Below, piece by piece: positions 49,691 to 59,537 of a stretch of 64,000 nt of DNA. The notes below the pieces were generated by a model. The model saw nothing but the letters and a program-made list of their open reading frames with translations. It searched no databases and had not been told where the DNA came from. A program made the translations under genes and the position numbers. The DNA comes from Lachnospiraceae bacterium (GTDB lineage Bacteria > Bacillota_I > Bacilli_A > RFN20 > CAG-826): contig CAVILR010000001.1 in the NCBI GenBank assembly GCA_963643725.1, positions 19,232 through 83,231 on the forward strand. The letters are read 5' to 3'. Numbering within the stretch: the stretch's first letter is position 1; every line of letters begins with the position of its first letter.

Positions 49691-51901
49691 TCAATGGATG
49701 ACCCGAGTTATTTCGTTGACGTTTTTAATATTTTTTAAGTATGCGAAAACATCATTTAATTGATTGGCGTCGCAGACATATATTGTCGCTTTTACCGTCG
49801 TCTCCATCGTCGAAGGATGAAGAGTGGCGTTTAACTGAGTAACTGGAATATTCTTTTGATTAAAAACACCCATTATATCGCTTATTAGGCTATTTCTATC
49901 GTTGCAGACAATTTTAAGATCGACAGGATATGAACCTTTTACTAAATCAGGTTTCCAATGCACTTCGATGAGCCTTTGCGTTTCGCTCGCTACATTTGGG
50001 CATTCTTTACGATGGACGATGACGCCTTTACCCTTTGAGATGTATCCGACGATTTCATCTCCCGGAATTGGCGTGCAACAGGAGGCTAATGAAATGGCTA
50101 TTTTACCGACATTTTTTACGTAAACTGGTGAATTGTCTTTAGCGATATTCTCAGCTTTATCGAGTTTTAAAACTTCGACCGGTTTAAGTTTTAAATAGTC
50201 GATTAATGCGCTTGGGACAGGATTTTTATTGCTGACGGAAATATATAAATTTTCTAGGCTATCAACGTTAAAATTAGCGAGCAATTTTTCGTTGTTGAGA
50301 AGTTGTTCCATCTCTTGTTCGCTCTTACCATAGCTTTTAAATGTTTCAATGCAAGATTGTTTACCACGATTCTTCTTTTCATCCTTAACATAATCAGCAT
50401 TTTGCTTTGCTAAGAATTTTCGGATGTGCGATTTAGCTAAACTAGTCGTGGCGATTTTTAGCCAATCTTTATTTGGACCTAACGACGTTTTCGAAGTTTT
50501 TATTTCGACGATATCGCCTGTTTTTAACTCCGTACTCAATGGGACCATGACATTATTTACAATCGCGCCTACCGCCTTTTCGGCGACGCCTGTATGAATT
50601 TTATAAGCAAAATCTAATGGCGTTGCTCCCGTCGGCAGTTCGATAACTTTTCCTTTTGGCGTAAAACAATAGACATTAGCTTCGAAGATGTCGTGAGATA
50701 ATGAATGCATATATTCTTTAGCGTTCGATGAATCTTCTTCTGATATATTGACTAAATCTTTTAGCCAATGCAGTTTTTCTTCGATTTCTTTTTGCTCTTG
50801 CTTTGGGTTGTAATTAGACCCTTCTTTATATCTCCAATGAGCGGCGATGCCGCTTTCGGCAATTTCATCCATTTCTTTCGTTCTAATCTGCACTTCAAAG
50901 GTATTTCCATCGCCGGAAAGTACGCATGTATGAAGCGATTGATACATGTTTGGCTTCGGCATGGCGATATAATCTTTAAATCTTCCTGGTATCGGTGTGT
51001 AAGTCGCGTGAATAATGCCTAATATTTCATAGCATTGAAGCTCGGTTTCGGTGATGATACGAATGGCTAACAAGTCGAATATTTCTTCTGGTTTATGATT
51101 TTTGATATAGATTTTTCGGTAGATAGAATATATAGATTTAACGCGAGATTCCATCGAAAAAGGTATTTTTTCTTTAAATAAAATATCAGCGATACGCTTG
51201 GAAAAATTATCTAAGGATTTTTGACCATATTTAATTTTCTTGTTGACAAAGTCAACAATCTCTTGATACTGAATAGGTCGTAGATATTTTAAAGATAAGT
51301 CTTCAAGTTCACTTTTAATGGTGTTAATACCTAATCGGTGAGCGATAGGAACAAATACCTCTAGCGTTTCCTTTGATAAAGCGATTTGTCGATTTTCTGG
51401 AAGAGATGATAATGTGCGCATGTTATGCAATCTATCTGCGAGTTTGATGACGATAACGCGGACATCTTTTGCCATTCCTAAAAAGATTTTTCGATGATCT
51501 TCGGCGACAAATTCATCTTCGTCGCGATGCGATAATTTTAATCTTTGGATTTTGGTCAATGAGTCGACGATTGAACAGACATCTTCACCAAATTGCTCTT
51601 TGATTTCGCTTAGCGATGTATTCGTATCTTCAACAACGTCGTGTAGTAGTCCAGCGATAAGCGTCGTCGGCCCACAGTTTAACGTCGTTAAAATGTAGCA
51701 AACTTCAATTAGATGATGAATATATGGTTCACCGCTTTTACGGAATTGACCTTGATGTTTCTGCTGAGCAAATTCATAGGCTTTTTCAATCAATTCGCGA
51801 GACTTTGGATTAGTGATGTATACGAAATAATTCTCCTTCACTTCTTCGAATGTATGGAGTTTTAATTCTGGTGATTTTCCTTCGATTGTTTCTCTAACCA
51901 T
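49691..51901 (-). CDS. relA: Bifunctional (p)ppGpp synthetase/hydrolase RelA/SpoT homologue
   Basis: HD domain (HDVVEDT), synthetase domain (YRSLH-type QSLHT), TGS and ACT regions. I prefer ATG 51901 (MVRETIEG) over the TTG at 51916 in the ORF track. Confidence 0.93.
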   Translation of the reverse strand: MVRETIEGKSPELKLHTFEEVKENYFVYITNPKSRELIEKAYEFAQQKHQGQFRKSGEPYIHHLIEVCYILTTLNCGPTTLIAGLLHDVVEDTNTSLSEIKEQFGEDVCSIVDSLTKIQRLKLSHRDEDEFVAEDHRKIFLGMAKDVRVIVIKLADRLHNMRTLSSLPENRQIALSKETLEVFVPIAHRLGINTIKSELEDLSLKYLRPIQYQEIVDFVNKKIKYGQKSLDNFSKRIADILFKEKIPFSMESRVKSIYSIYRKIYIKNHKPEEIFDLLAIRIITETELQCYEILGIIHATYTPIPGRFKDYIAMPKPNMYQSLHTCVLSGDGNTFEVQIRTKEMDEIAESGIAAHWRYKEGSNYNPKQEQKEIEEKLHWLKDLVNISEEDSSNAKEYMHSLSHDIFEANVYCFTPKGKVIELPTGATPLDFAYKIHTGVAEKAVGAIVNNVMVPLSTELKTGDIVEIKTSKTSLGPNKDWLKIATTSLAKSHIRKFLAKQNADYVKDEKKNRGKQSCIETFKSYGKSEQEMEQLLNNEKLLANFNVDSLENLYISVSNKNPVPSALIDYLKLKPVEVLKLDKAENIAKDNSPVYVKNVGKIAISLASCCTPIPGDEIVGYISKGKGVIVHRKECPNVASETQRLIEVHWKPDLVKGSYPVDLKIVCNDRNSLISDIMGVFNQKNIPVTQLNATLHPSTMETTVKATIYVCDANQLNDVFAYLKNIKNVNEITRVIH

Positions 51902-52014
51902 GGCAATATTATACAATCATTTTTAGACAATATGATATGTTTCAATTTATAAAATTGCATCAAGGAAGAAAGAGAACCACTTTTATAAGATTGACATAAA
52001 AGACTTATTCATCT

Positions 52015-52043
52015 TTGAAAAGATAAATGTAGAAAAGTATAAT
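52015..52043 (+). promoter_or_regulatory. Candidate sigma-A promoter for the lipoprotein gene
   Basis: TTGAAA, 17 nt, TATAAT, then SD GAAGGAG 7 nt before the ATG at 52064. Confidence 0.6.
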
Positions 52044-52063
52044 TAAAACCGAAGGAGATATTC

Positions 52064-53317
52064 ATGAATAAAAAAATATTTATTTTGCTTCCTGCATTAT
52101 TAGCTATCGGATTAGCTAGCTGCGGAGAGGACACATCAACATCATCTAGTTCATCAGGTTCGAAAACATCAACTTCAAAACCAGTTGAACCATTAAAAGA
52201 ATACGGTTCATTAGAAGAACCTAAGACGGTTAGGGAATTTCTTGATTTCTGCGATGAGAATGTCGAAAAGGAAGACAACGCACATACCGACGGAGTTTTC
52301 TATGTTAAGGCTGTCGTCCGTCAATATAGCTATTATGCACAAGGCTCATTCTATCGTATCGACATTTCTGATAAATCTGATGATGATTATCAAGTACCTG
52401 CTTTTTCTGTTGCTAGAGAAAGCAATGTAAATGTCGAAGAGATGTATAGAGATGATGAGGTCGTCATTAAGGGTGTTGGGGAATATTACGAAGGTCGATA
52501 TACGATATATCCTTTACAAATCAAAACTCATTATGTTCAACCTACACTACTCTCCTTTAAAAGAGCACAATGTAGTGTAACTTTTGCTTCAGGTAATTAT
52601 AGTTTAGATTCATCTTTTGATACGAGTAAAACGTATGAAAACGGTACGGAAATTAGTTTTAAAATTAAAGCTAAAGATGATTATTCTATTTATTCAGTTA
52701 AAGCTAACGGACATCTTTTAACAGCGGGAGAAACTGATACAACGACCGGATTTACCACTTATACTCATAAAATATCTGGTAATACGAATGTTGTAATTCG
52801 CTCGGCGAAAGACATTACTGAGCAAAATATTCCAACTGGTGAATACTCAGTTACGTTAGAAAAAAGCGTTTTAGATTTGCCTTTGCAAAATGTCGATAAG
52901 GATACTAAAGATGAAACAACAATGAATTTTGAGGTCAAAGAAGACACGGATGAAACAATTTATAAAAAACTTGGTGTCACTTTCTCTGCTGGAGCCGTCA
53001 ATTCTTATCAATATAATGAATTTGGCTTCCCATTAAATGGTTATTTTACGCTTAATCTCAATTCAGAAAATGCCAAAATCACCTCACTTGATGTTGAATA
53101 TTATTTAAATGTTGATGAAAACGCTAAAGTATATAATTCTAATGCTGAAGGTGCCGAGGCGGTAAAAGGAACTAAAGGTGATGATAATAAATACACCACT
53201 GGTTATAAATATAATTATCCTATCGATAGCAATTACGCTCATTTAAAATATGATGTCGATAATTCGTATTATTTAATGTTCTATTACATCATCGTTAACA
53301 TTACTGTCGCTGAATAA
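52064..53317 (+). CDS. Surface lipoprotein of unknown function (417 aa)
   Basis: Signal peptide with lipobox GLASCG, a Ser/Thr-rich linker, then beta-rich domains. The first resembles an OB-fold and the second a B-repeat/Ig-like module by eye only. Confidence 0.75.
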   Translation: MNKKIFILLPALLAIGLASCGEDTSTSSSSSGSKTSTSKPVEPLKEYGSLEEPKTVREFLDFCDENVEKEDNAHTDGVFYVKAVVRQYSYYAQGSFYRIDISDKSDDDYQVPAFSVARESNVNVEEMYRDDEVVIKGVGEYYEGRYTIYPLQIKTHYVQPTLLSFKRAQCSVTFASGNYSLDSSFDTSKTYENGTEISFKIKAKDDYSIYSVKANGHLLTAGETDTTTGFTTYTHKISGNTNVVIRSAKDITEQNIPTGEYSVTLEKSVLDLPLQNVDKDTKDETTMNFEVKEDTDETIYKKLGVTFSAGAVNSYQYNEFGFPLNGYFTLNLNSENAKITSLDVEYYLNVDENAKVYNSNAEGAEAVKGTKGDDNKYTTGYKYNYPIDSNYAHLKYDVDNSYYLMFYYIIVNITVAE

Positions 53318-53333
53318 AGATAATTAGCTACAC

Positions 53334-53362
53334 AAAAAAACGAGCCTCACCGCTCGTTTTTT
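53334..53362. terminator. Bidirectional rho-independent terminator between the lipoprotein gene and recJ
   Basis: AAAAAA-ACGAGC-ctcacc-GCTCGT-TTTTT. Confidence 0.8.
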
Positions 53363-53372
53363 ATATGATTGT

Positions 53373-54935
53373 CTAGTTATTCTTTTGATATTTTTCAATC
53401 CTAAATTCAAGAGTTATATATCCGCGATATTCCGACAGATTGAAATAGCCGTATAAATCGACGTTACTATTAGCTTTAAATTCATGCTCATCGATATTAA
53501 ATCCTAATAGTTTTGAATTGATCGATAAAGCTGTCGATAGATGCTTTCCTTGCGAGATGAATGTTAAACCTCTCGTCGGCATATTTTTGATGACAAAACT
53601 CGGTTCGACAAATCCCATGCCAAAAGGGGAAAATGTTCGAATTAAATCGTAATTATTTCGCGTTATATCTTGACAATTTATTTCGATATATCCTTTATTA
53701 TCTTCCACTATTTTGTGCTCGTGACATAGTGAGAGAAATTCGCTTTTAAAAGCGTCGAAATCGCTCTCTTTAATCGATAAACCTCCCGCGAGAGCGTGTC
53801 CCCCGCCGGTTAATAGATATTTATTTAAAGAAGCAAAGGCTTTGGTGACGTTAAAGCCTTCTTTTGAACGTATCGATCCTTTGAGAATCGTTTTATCATT
53901 TTCATCGAGCGTAAAAACAATCGATGGTATTTGATATTGATTTAATAAGCGGTTGGCGATTAGCCCGATTAATCCTTCTTTTAAATCTGTTTTAATACAT
54001 ATTCCATCTACATTGCTAAATGAAGGAAGTCTTTCTACTGCATCTTTCGTCAATTGCTTTCTCTCTTCGTTAATTTGGCTTATCCATAGCCCAATATCAC
54101 GGATTTCTTGTTTATTTGTTGTTGTTAAGAATTTGACGAGGCGATTAACAGTTGTATCTTCAATTAGACGTCCGACGGCATTAATTTTAGGAGCAATTTC
54201 TAGCGAAAACGATTTTTCTGTGACGATATTGCTATCCATTAATAATGAAAGTGCGTAATAATCGCGTCTATGCTTTTCTAAATTCGATAGTGCAAGGCGA
54301 ACGACATCGCGATTATATTCTTTTAGTTCCATTAAATCAGATATCGTCGATAATCCAGCGAGAGTCACTAGATAATCGTCATATTTCCCTAAAAGCGCTC
54401 GGCTAAAGAATAAAGACATATATCCTCCGGAGCCAACAATTGAAGATATATTTGAATATATCGGATGAATTATGCCGATTGCGTTAACTTTAGTTTCCGG
54501 AAGTTCATGGTGATCGATGACGATGACGTCAATTCCATATTCATTCGCTTTATCTATTGCTTCATTTGCACATATTCCATTATCGACAGCGATGATTAAT
54601 TTGAAACCTTGTTTAGCTATTTTTTCAACATTTTTAACATTTAGTCCATAACCATCCAAATATCGCGATGGAATGTAATAAGAAATTGGATAATTGAGTT
54701 TGTCAAATGTAGCTTTGACGATTGAAGTTGAGCATATCCCATCGCAATCGTAATCGCCATAGACAATGATTTTTTCGCTTGCTTCAATCGCTTTATGCAC
54801 GCGATCAACTATTTTTTTGATATCAGGAATAAGCGAAACATCATATAAAGTTATTTCGCTTTCTCTTCGAGTTAAATAGGCGTAATCATCATTATTTAAA
54901 TGATAATAATCTAACAATTTAGTTAATAAATCCAT
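53373..54935 (-). CDS. recJ: DHH-family single-stranded-DNA exonuclease RecJ (short form)
   Basis: DYDCDG, VIDHH and DHHA1 GGGHALAGG. Synteny after secDF. Confidence 0.85.
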   Translation of the reverse strand: MDLLTKLLDYYHLNNDDYAYLTRRESEITLYDVSLIPDIKKIVDRVHKAIEASEKIIVYGDYDCDGICSTSIVKATFDKLNYPISYYIPSRYLDGYGLNVKNVEKIAKQGFKLIIAVDNGICANEAIDKANEYGIDVIVIDHHELPETKVNAIGIIHPIYSNISSIVGSGGYMSLFFSRALLGKYDDYLVTLAGLSTISDLMELKEYNRDVVRLALSNLEKHRRDYYALSLLMDSNIVTEKSFSLEIAPKINAVGRLIEDTTVNRLVKFLTTTNKQEIRDIGLWISQINEERKQLTKDAVERLPSFSNVDGICIKTDLKEGLIGLIANRLLNQYQIPSIVFTLDENDKTILKGSIRSKEGFNVTKAFASLNKYLLTGGGHALAGGLSIKESDFDAFKSEFLSLCHEHKIVEDNKGYIEINCQDITRNNYDLIRTFSPFGMGFVEPSFVIKNMPTRGLTFISQGKHLSTALSINSKLLGFNIDEHEFKANSNVDLYGYFNLSEYRGYITLEFRIEKYQKNN

Positions 54936-54940
54936 AATAA

Positions 54941-54965
54941 ATAAAAAAGGCTATAAGCCTTTTTG
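54941..54965 (-). terminator. Hairpin terminator after secDF
   Basis: AAAAAGGCT-ata-AGCCTTTTT, followed on the minus strand by a U-run. It ends only 7 nt before the recJ ATG. Confidence 0.6.
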
Positions 54966-54967
54966 TT

Positions 54968-57685
54968 TTAGTCGTTAATGCCAATGAAAATCGTTTCTTG
55001 AGGTTCACTGGTTTTTGGTTTAGCTTGCATTTTGATGCGTTGTCTTTTCTTGTGGTCAATTTTGATTGTCGGTAATTTAATATGCTTGAACCACTTACGG
55101 AACAATTCGGATGTTGGACCTAATAATGTAGTTACTAATAAAGCAGTTATTACCACAGCGAAGAGCATACCCGCAAAAATCGAAGCGAAGTTAATATAGC
55201 CAAATCCGAAATAATTGATTGCGATATAGGCTGATAAGATCGAAACAATAAATAATGATGAAGCAGTTAATGAAGAAGCTTTAACCATAATCGCTTTACG
55301 TTCTTCATCACTGATTTCGCCTTTATGTTCTTTAAGCATCTCTTTTTCTTTTTCAAAGAACAAGATCGCTCCTAGCAAGGAAACCACCGCCGCGATCGGC
55401 ATAATAAACGAGCACACCGCAGTTGTTTGGATTCGGCATATGACGAATAATCCGTATGTAATCAATGTTGTGGCGCTAGAGATGACTAATGCAGCAACTC
55501 CTCGAGATGGTTTATATCTAAGTGCTAGATAGAAGCAAGAACCAACGATAGCGATCGCAGATGCTAATGCAACATATCCTTGATGAGGATTGACAACGGT
55601 TTCGTGTGAAATTTTTTCTTCAACATCGATATAATCGCTACTACTTGCACCCTCTTCTGCTAATACACGAGCAGATAAGGCATCAGATAAGGAATCATAT
55701 TCTTCCTTTTCGTTTCCAACGTCGACGCTAAATTTGTCGCTTTCGGAATATGTTGTATCTATCGATGTGACAAAATAAGTATATTTAGTTGTGATTTCTG
55801 TGAGATAATCGTATGTTTCGCGATTATTGATTTCAACATTTGAATAATTAATTTTTTCACCATTTACATAGACGTGATCTAAGACATCGTCTTTGAATGA
55901 TTGTTCGGTTGAGATTGTTGGATTATCACCGCGAATGCTCACATAGACTTGTGTTGTATCACTTGTCGCATTGGACACATTTAATGGTGAACCATTTAAT
56001 GCACCGAAAACGGAGATGAGAACAACTGAAGCGAAAGCGAGAACGCCTGTTACGATGGCTACTGGTTTTTTCTTAGCTACAAAATTCGTATTTTCATAAG
56101 GAGCAACATAAGTTGGCTTCTCTTCTTTCATGATATTTGGAACTAATTTTTCATCGATATTAAGAAGTTTATAGTTAGTTTGCATACTTGTATCGTTTGC
56201 GAGTAAAGCCATCATGATGCGGAAGATGATATGTGTCATTAATATAGCAATAATTGAACCGAAGAAGAGAATGATTCCCAATGGTTTTAAGGCATTTCCA
56301 CCCAATAGATAAACCATCAATCCAGAGAACGCTCCAACGACCGTGAAGTCAATGCTAGGAAGAGTGATTTTCTTCATCGCTTCTTGATGAGCTTTTCTTA
56401 AGGCGCGGCCTTTATAAACTTCTTCTTTAAGTTTATTCATATATAAGACGCTTGTTGTAAGCGAGATAACGCCTAGAATAATTCCTCCGATGAGCGCACC
56501 GATATTGAATGTCGCTCCAAGGGCCATAAATATTGTGTAAGAAATAAAGATTGTTCCGACGTTGCTAGCGATTATGCCTAAAGAAGCAACGCGGTAGAAT
56601 AAAATTAAAATTAAGAAGATAACAGCTACGGCTACTAATGTAGAAATTAATGTTGCCGACATAGCGATATTGACATCGGAACCGAAGATTAAAAGATTTT
56701 CTGCGGTAGCATCTGAAATAATTTGGTTATTAGTAACGCCATCTTTGCTCTCTGTGACAAAGAGATTTTCAACGTTATATTGCTTGTTGTTATATTCAAA
56801 ACTAGAAGCATTAAACATATTTGTTAAATATGTAGCGAGCATATTAGCTTCTTTTAGTTTGCCTGTATCGTAATTACCTTCGCTATCAGCGAATCCACAG
56901 AGGAATTGTAACGAAGTTGGCTCTTCATCATCTTTTAAGCCATCTGTATACCAAATTTCACTGCTGACGAATGAAGCGATAATTTTTGTACCTGTTTTTG
57001 AAGGATCTTTTTGAGCGATTTCATATGTATCGCCTTCTTCCCAGTTTGCCCATAGATAGACATCTGGTGTTTTATTTTCTTCTTCGCTATCGGTATTTTC
57101 TTCGTTTGCTCGATAGATAAATCTACTCGAAGTTGAGTCGCTATCAGAATCTTCACTTTCGCTGCTTTTTGTGATCGTTTCGATTAATGTTTTAACTTTC
57201 GCGGTATCGCTAACAGGGAATAAAACATAAGGAACTAGATCATCTTTTCGAACAATAGTTGCTGTTGAATCGACAAAGATATCGCTACCCATTAAACGAG
57301 TTTCCTCTTCAGCTCCTGCTAATGAGAAATTACCGCCATTGAAGCAAAGATATTTTGTAATATAGTTGAGCTCGATCTCACTATTTGTGCTTAAGGCTAC
57401 ACGAATTGTATCATTACCTTCGATGCGGACAGAATAATCTTCGACTTGATATGTTTCGAGACGATTGCGCATTTCTTCAGCAATTTTATCAACAGTACCA
57501 TCAGCGATTTCATCTTCTTGCCCTTCTTCATCGAGATTAATTTTGTAAACAATTTCGTTTCCAGAAATAAATTCTCTCCCCGGTTTTATTTGGGTAAAAA
57601 CTGGAGTGGCAGCAACTCCGATGGATAAAATGACGGTCACCGCCATGATAATATAAGCTATAAATCTTCTCATATTTGTACTCAA
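54968..57685 (-). CDS. secDF: Protein translocase subunit SecDF (fused)
   Basis: 905 aa: N-terminal TM, large extracytoplasmic domain, then two blocks of 5-6 TM helices. Synteny between ruvB and recJ. Confidence 0.88.
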   Translation of the reverse strand: MSTNMRRFIAYIIMAVTVILSIGVAATPVFTQIKPGREFISGNEIVYKINLDEEGQEDEIADGTVDKIAEEMRNRLETYQVEDYSVRIEGNDTIRVALSTNSEIELNYITKYLCFNGGNFSLAGAEEETRLMGSDIFVDSTATIVRKDDLVPYVLFPVSDTAKVKTLIETITKSSESEDSDSDSTSSRFIYRANEENTDSEEENKTPDVYLWANWEEGDTYEIAQKDPSKTGTKIIASFVSSEIWYTDGLKDDEEPTSLQFLCGFADSEGNYDTGKLKEANMLATYLTNMFNASSFEYNNKQYNVENLFVTESKDGVTNNQIISDATAENLLIFGSDVNIAMSATLISTLVAVAVIFLILILFYRVASLGIIASNVGTIFISYTIFMALGATFNIGALIGGIILGVISLTTSVLYMNKLKEEVYKGRALRKAHQEAMKKITLPSIDFTVVGAFSGLMVYLLGGNALKPLGIILFFGSIIAILMTHIIFRIMMALLANDTSMQTNYKLLNIDEKLVPNIMKEEKPTYVAPYENTNFVAKKKPVAIVTGVLAFASVVLISVFGALNGSPLNVSNATSDTTQVYVSIRGDNPTISTEQSFKDDVLDHVYVNGEKINYSNVEINNRETYDYLTEITTKYTYFVTSIDTTYSESDKFSVDVGNEKEEYDSLSDALSARVLAEEGASSSDYIDVEEKISHETVVNPHQGYVALASAIAIVGSCFYLALRYKPSRGVAALVISSATTLITYGLFVICRIQTTAVCSFIMPIAAVVSLLGAILFFEKEKEMLKEHKGEISDEERKAIMVKASSLTASSLFIVSILSAYIAINYFGFGYINFASIFAGMLFAVVITALLVTTLLGPTSELFRKWFKHIKLPTIKIDHKKRQRIKMQAKPKTSEPQETIFIGIND

Positions 57686-57813
57686 CTTTCTTTAGCAACT
57701 TGTAAATTATTCAATTTACGTACGCCAATAAGGATACAACTAAACGAAACTCAATGCAACACATATGTGCAAGCACGTGCGTATAATTTGTCTCGATTAA
57801 TAATCTATTAAGA

Positions 57814-58818
57814 TTAATTTATAATTTTGTGATTATGATATTTTTCTAGATGCGCATAGGCTTTATCAGTTGCAACTCGCCCTCTCGGCGTGCGATTTAT
57901 CATGCCAATTTGTAATAGATATGGCTCATAGACATCTTCGAGATTCATGATTTCTTCGCCGATTGAAGAGGCGAGTGCCTCTAAACCGACTGGACCTCCA
58001 TGAAATCTATCGATAATCGCTTCTAGATATTTGATATCAACATCATCTAATCCAAGACAATCAACCTTTAATGCTTTCAACGCATTATTTGCGTCATTAG
58101 TGTCGATTTTTTCTTTATTTTCATAATTAGCGAAATCACGTACTCGTTTATATAAACGGTTGGCAATTCTTGGAGTTCCTCGACATCTTTTCGACATCAA
58201 TTGAACAGCATCTTCGTCAATTGGGGTTTTGAACACTTTTGATGTTCTTTTGATGATGCTAGCGATTTCATCATCAGAATAATAATTTAATTTTTCAGTT
58301 ATGCCGAATCGAGCGCGTAAAGGTGAAGTTAAATCGCCTGCTCGAGTCGTCGCTCCCACAAGAGTAAACGGACTTAGATCAATGTTTAATGATGAAGCAC
58401 CGCCATCATGAGGAAAAACAATTGATATTTTATAATCTTCCATCGCGCTATATAAAACTTCTTCAACAACTTTAGGGAGTCGATGAATTTCATCGATAAA
58501 TAAGACATCGCCTGGTTCAAGTTCGTTTAATATCGCAATTAAGTCGCCTGTTTTTTCAATGCTCGGTCCAGTTACGACTTTAAATTTAGCGTTCATTTCG
58601 TTAGCGATGACGTTTGCTAATGTCGTTTTTCCTAGGCCTGGTGGACCATAAAGTAAAACGTGATCTAGCACTTCATTTCGCTTTTTTGCCGCGCCGATAA
58701 AAATACGAAGATTGTTTTTTAATTCGCTTTGTCCAACATATTCGTTTAATGTCTGTGGACGTAATGAAATATCTTCGATATCTTCTTTGTTTTTATTCGC
58801 GTCAAGTAGTCTAGTCAT
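57814..58818 (-). CDS. ruvB: Holliday junction helicase RuvB
   Basis: [15 protein letters not shown] and the arginine-finger region [15 protein letters not shown]. Confidence 0.97.
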   Translation of the reverse strand: MTRLLDANKNKEDIEDISLRPQTLNEYVGQSELKNNLRIFIGAAKKRNEVLDHVLLYGPPGLGKTTLANVIANEMNAKFKVVTGPSIEKTGDLIAILNELEPGDVLFIDEIHRLPKVVEEVLYSAMEDYKISIVFPHDGGASSLNIDLSPFTLVGATTRAGDLTSPLRARFGITEKLNYYSDDEIASIIKRTSKVFKTPIDEDAVQLMSKRCRGTPRIANRLYKRVRDFANYENKEKIDTNDANNALKALKVDCLGLDDVDIKYLEAIIDRFHGGPVGLEALASSIGEEIMNLEDVYEPYLLQIGMINRTPRGRVATDKAYAHLEKYHNHKIIN

Positions 58819-58819
58819 C

Positions 58820-59374
58820 TCATTTATTCTTCAGCAATTTTAATGCTTCCTTAAGTATTTCTTCATTTGTAGCGTTTGGAATATTAATGCGCGCTAATGT
58901 GTCATCAATTTGCTTAGATTTAAATCCAATTGATTTTAATGCTTCGCGAACTTCTTCGTATTGATTGACATTGGCTTTTACATCGCTTAATTGCCCTTTT
59001 AAATCTAAGATGATTTGGGCGGCAGCTTTTGCTCCTATTCCTGGCAATCTCTTTAGATAGGTAATATTGTTAGATGCAATCGCATCAAATAACGATTTCG
59101 CATCGGCTTTAGATAAGGCGTTAAGCGCGGTTCTAGGGCCAATTCCTTTAACGCTTATAAGCGATATAAATGCATCTTTTTCTTCCAATGAAGAAAATCC
59201 AACAAGATATTGTTCATCTTCGCGGACGACATTATATAGATACACAGTTGCTACTTCGTTAAGCGGAAATTCTAAAACATGAGGAACAAATATTTGATAA
59301 CCAATATTGTTCACCTCGATGACGATATAATCTTCGCCGTGATGAGTTATTAATCCTTTAAAACTGAAATACAT
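58820..59374 (-). CDS. ruvA: Holliday junction DNA-binding protein RuvA
   Basis: OB N-terminus and HhH motifs ([18 protein letters not shown]). Confidence 0.93.
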   Translation of the reverse strand: MYFSFKGLITHHGEDYIVIEVNNIGYQIFVPHVLEFPLNEVATVYLYNVVREDEQYLVGFSSLEEKDAFISLISVKGIGPRTALNALSKADAKSLFDAIASNNITYLKRLPGIGAKAAAQIILDLKGQLSDVKANVNQYEEVREALKSIGFKSKQIDDTLARINIPNATNEEILKEALKLLKNK

Positions 59375-59537
59375 ATTTTTATCGATATATTAGTATGAAC
59401 ATCAAAACGAGTAAAAGAGTTAATAAAGAAGCGATTAAAGCGCTGATAACGGATTTATTAATTTTCTTCTCGTTCATGATATCGTTATTTTATATTAGCA
59501 ATGTATATTAATAAACTTTTCTAAGTAAAGTTTGAGA

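Noticed and set aside
52009-52278. An 89-aa minus-strand ORF overlapping the lipoprotein promoter and N-terminus.
   Set aside because: It runs antisense through a gene that has a clear promoter, SD and signal peptide. It has no start context of its own.
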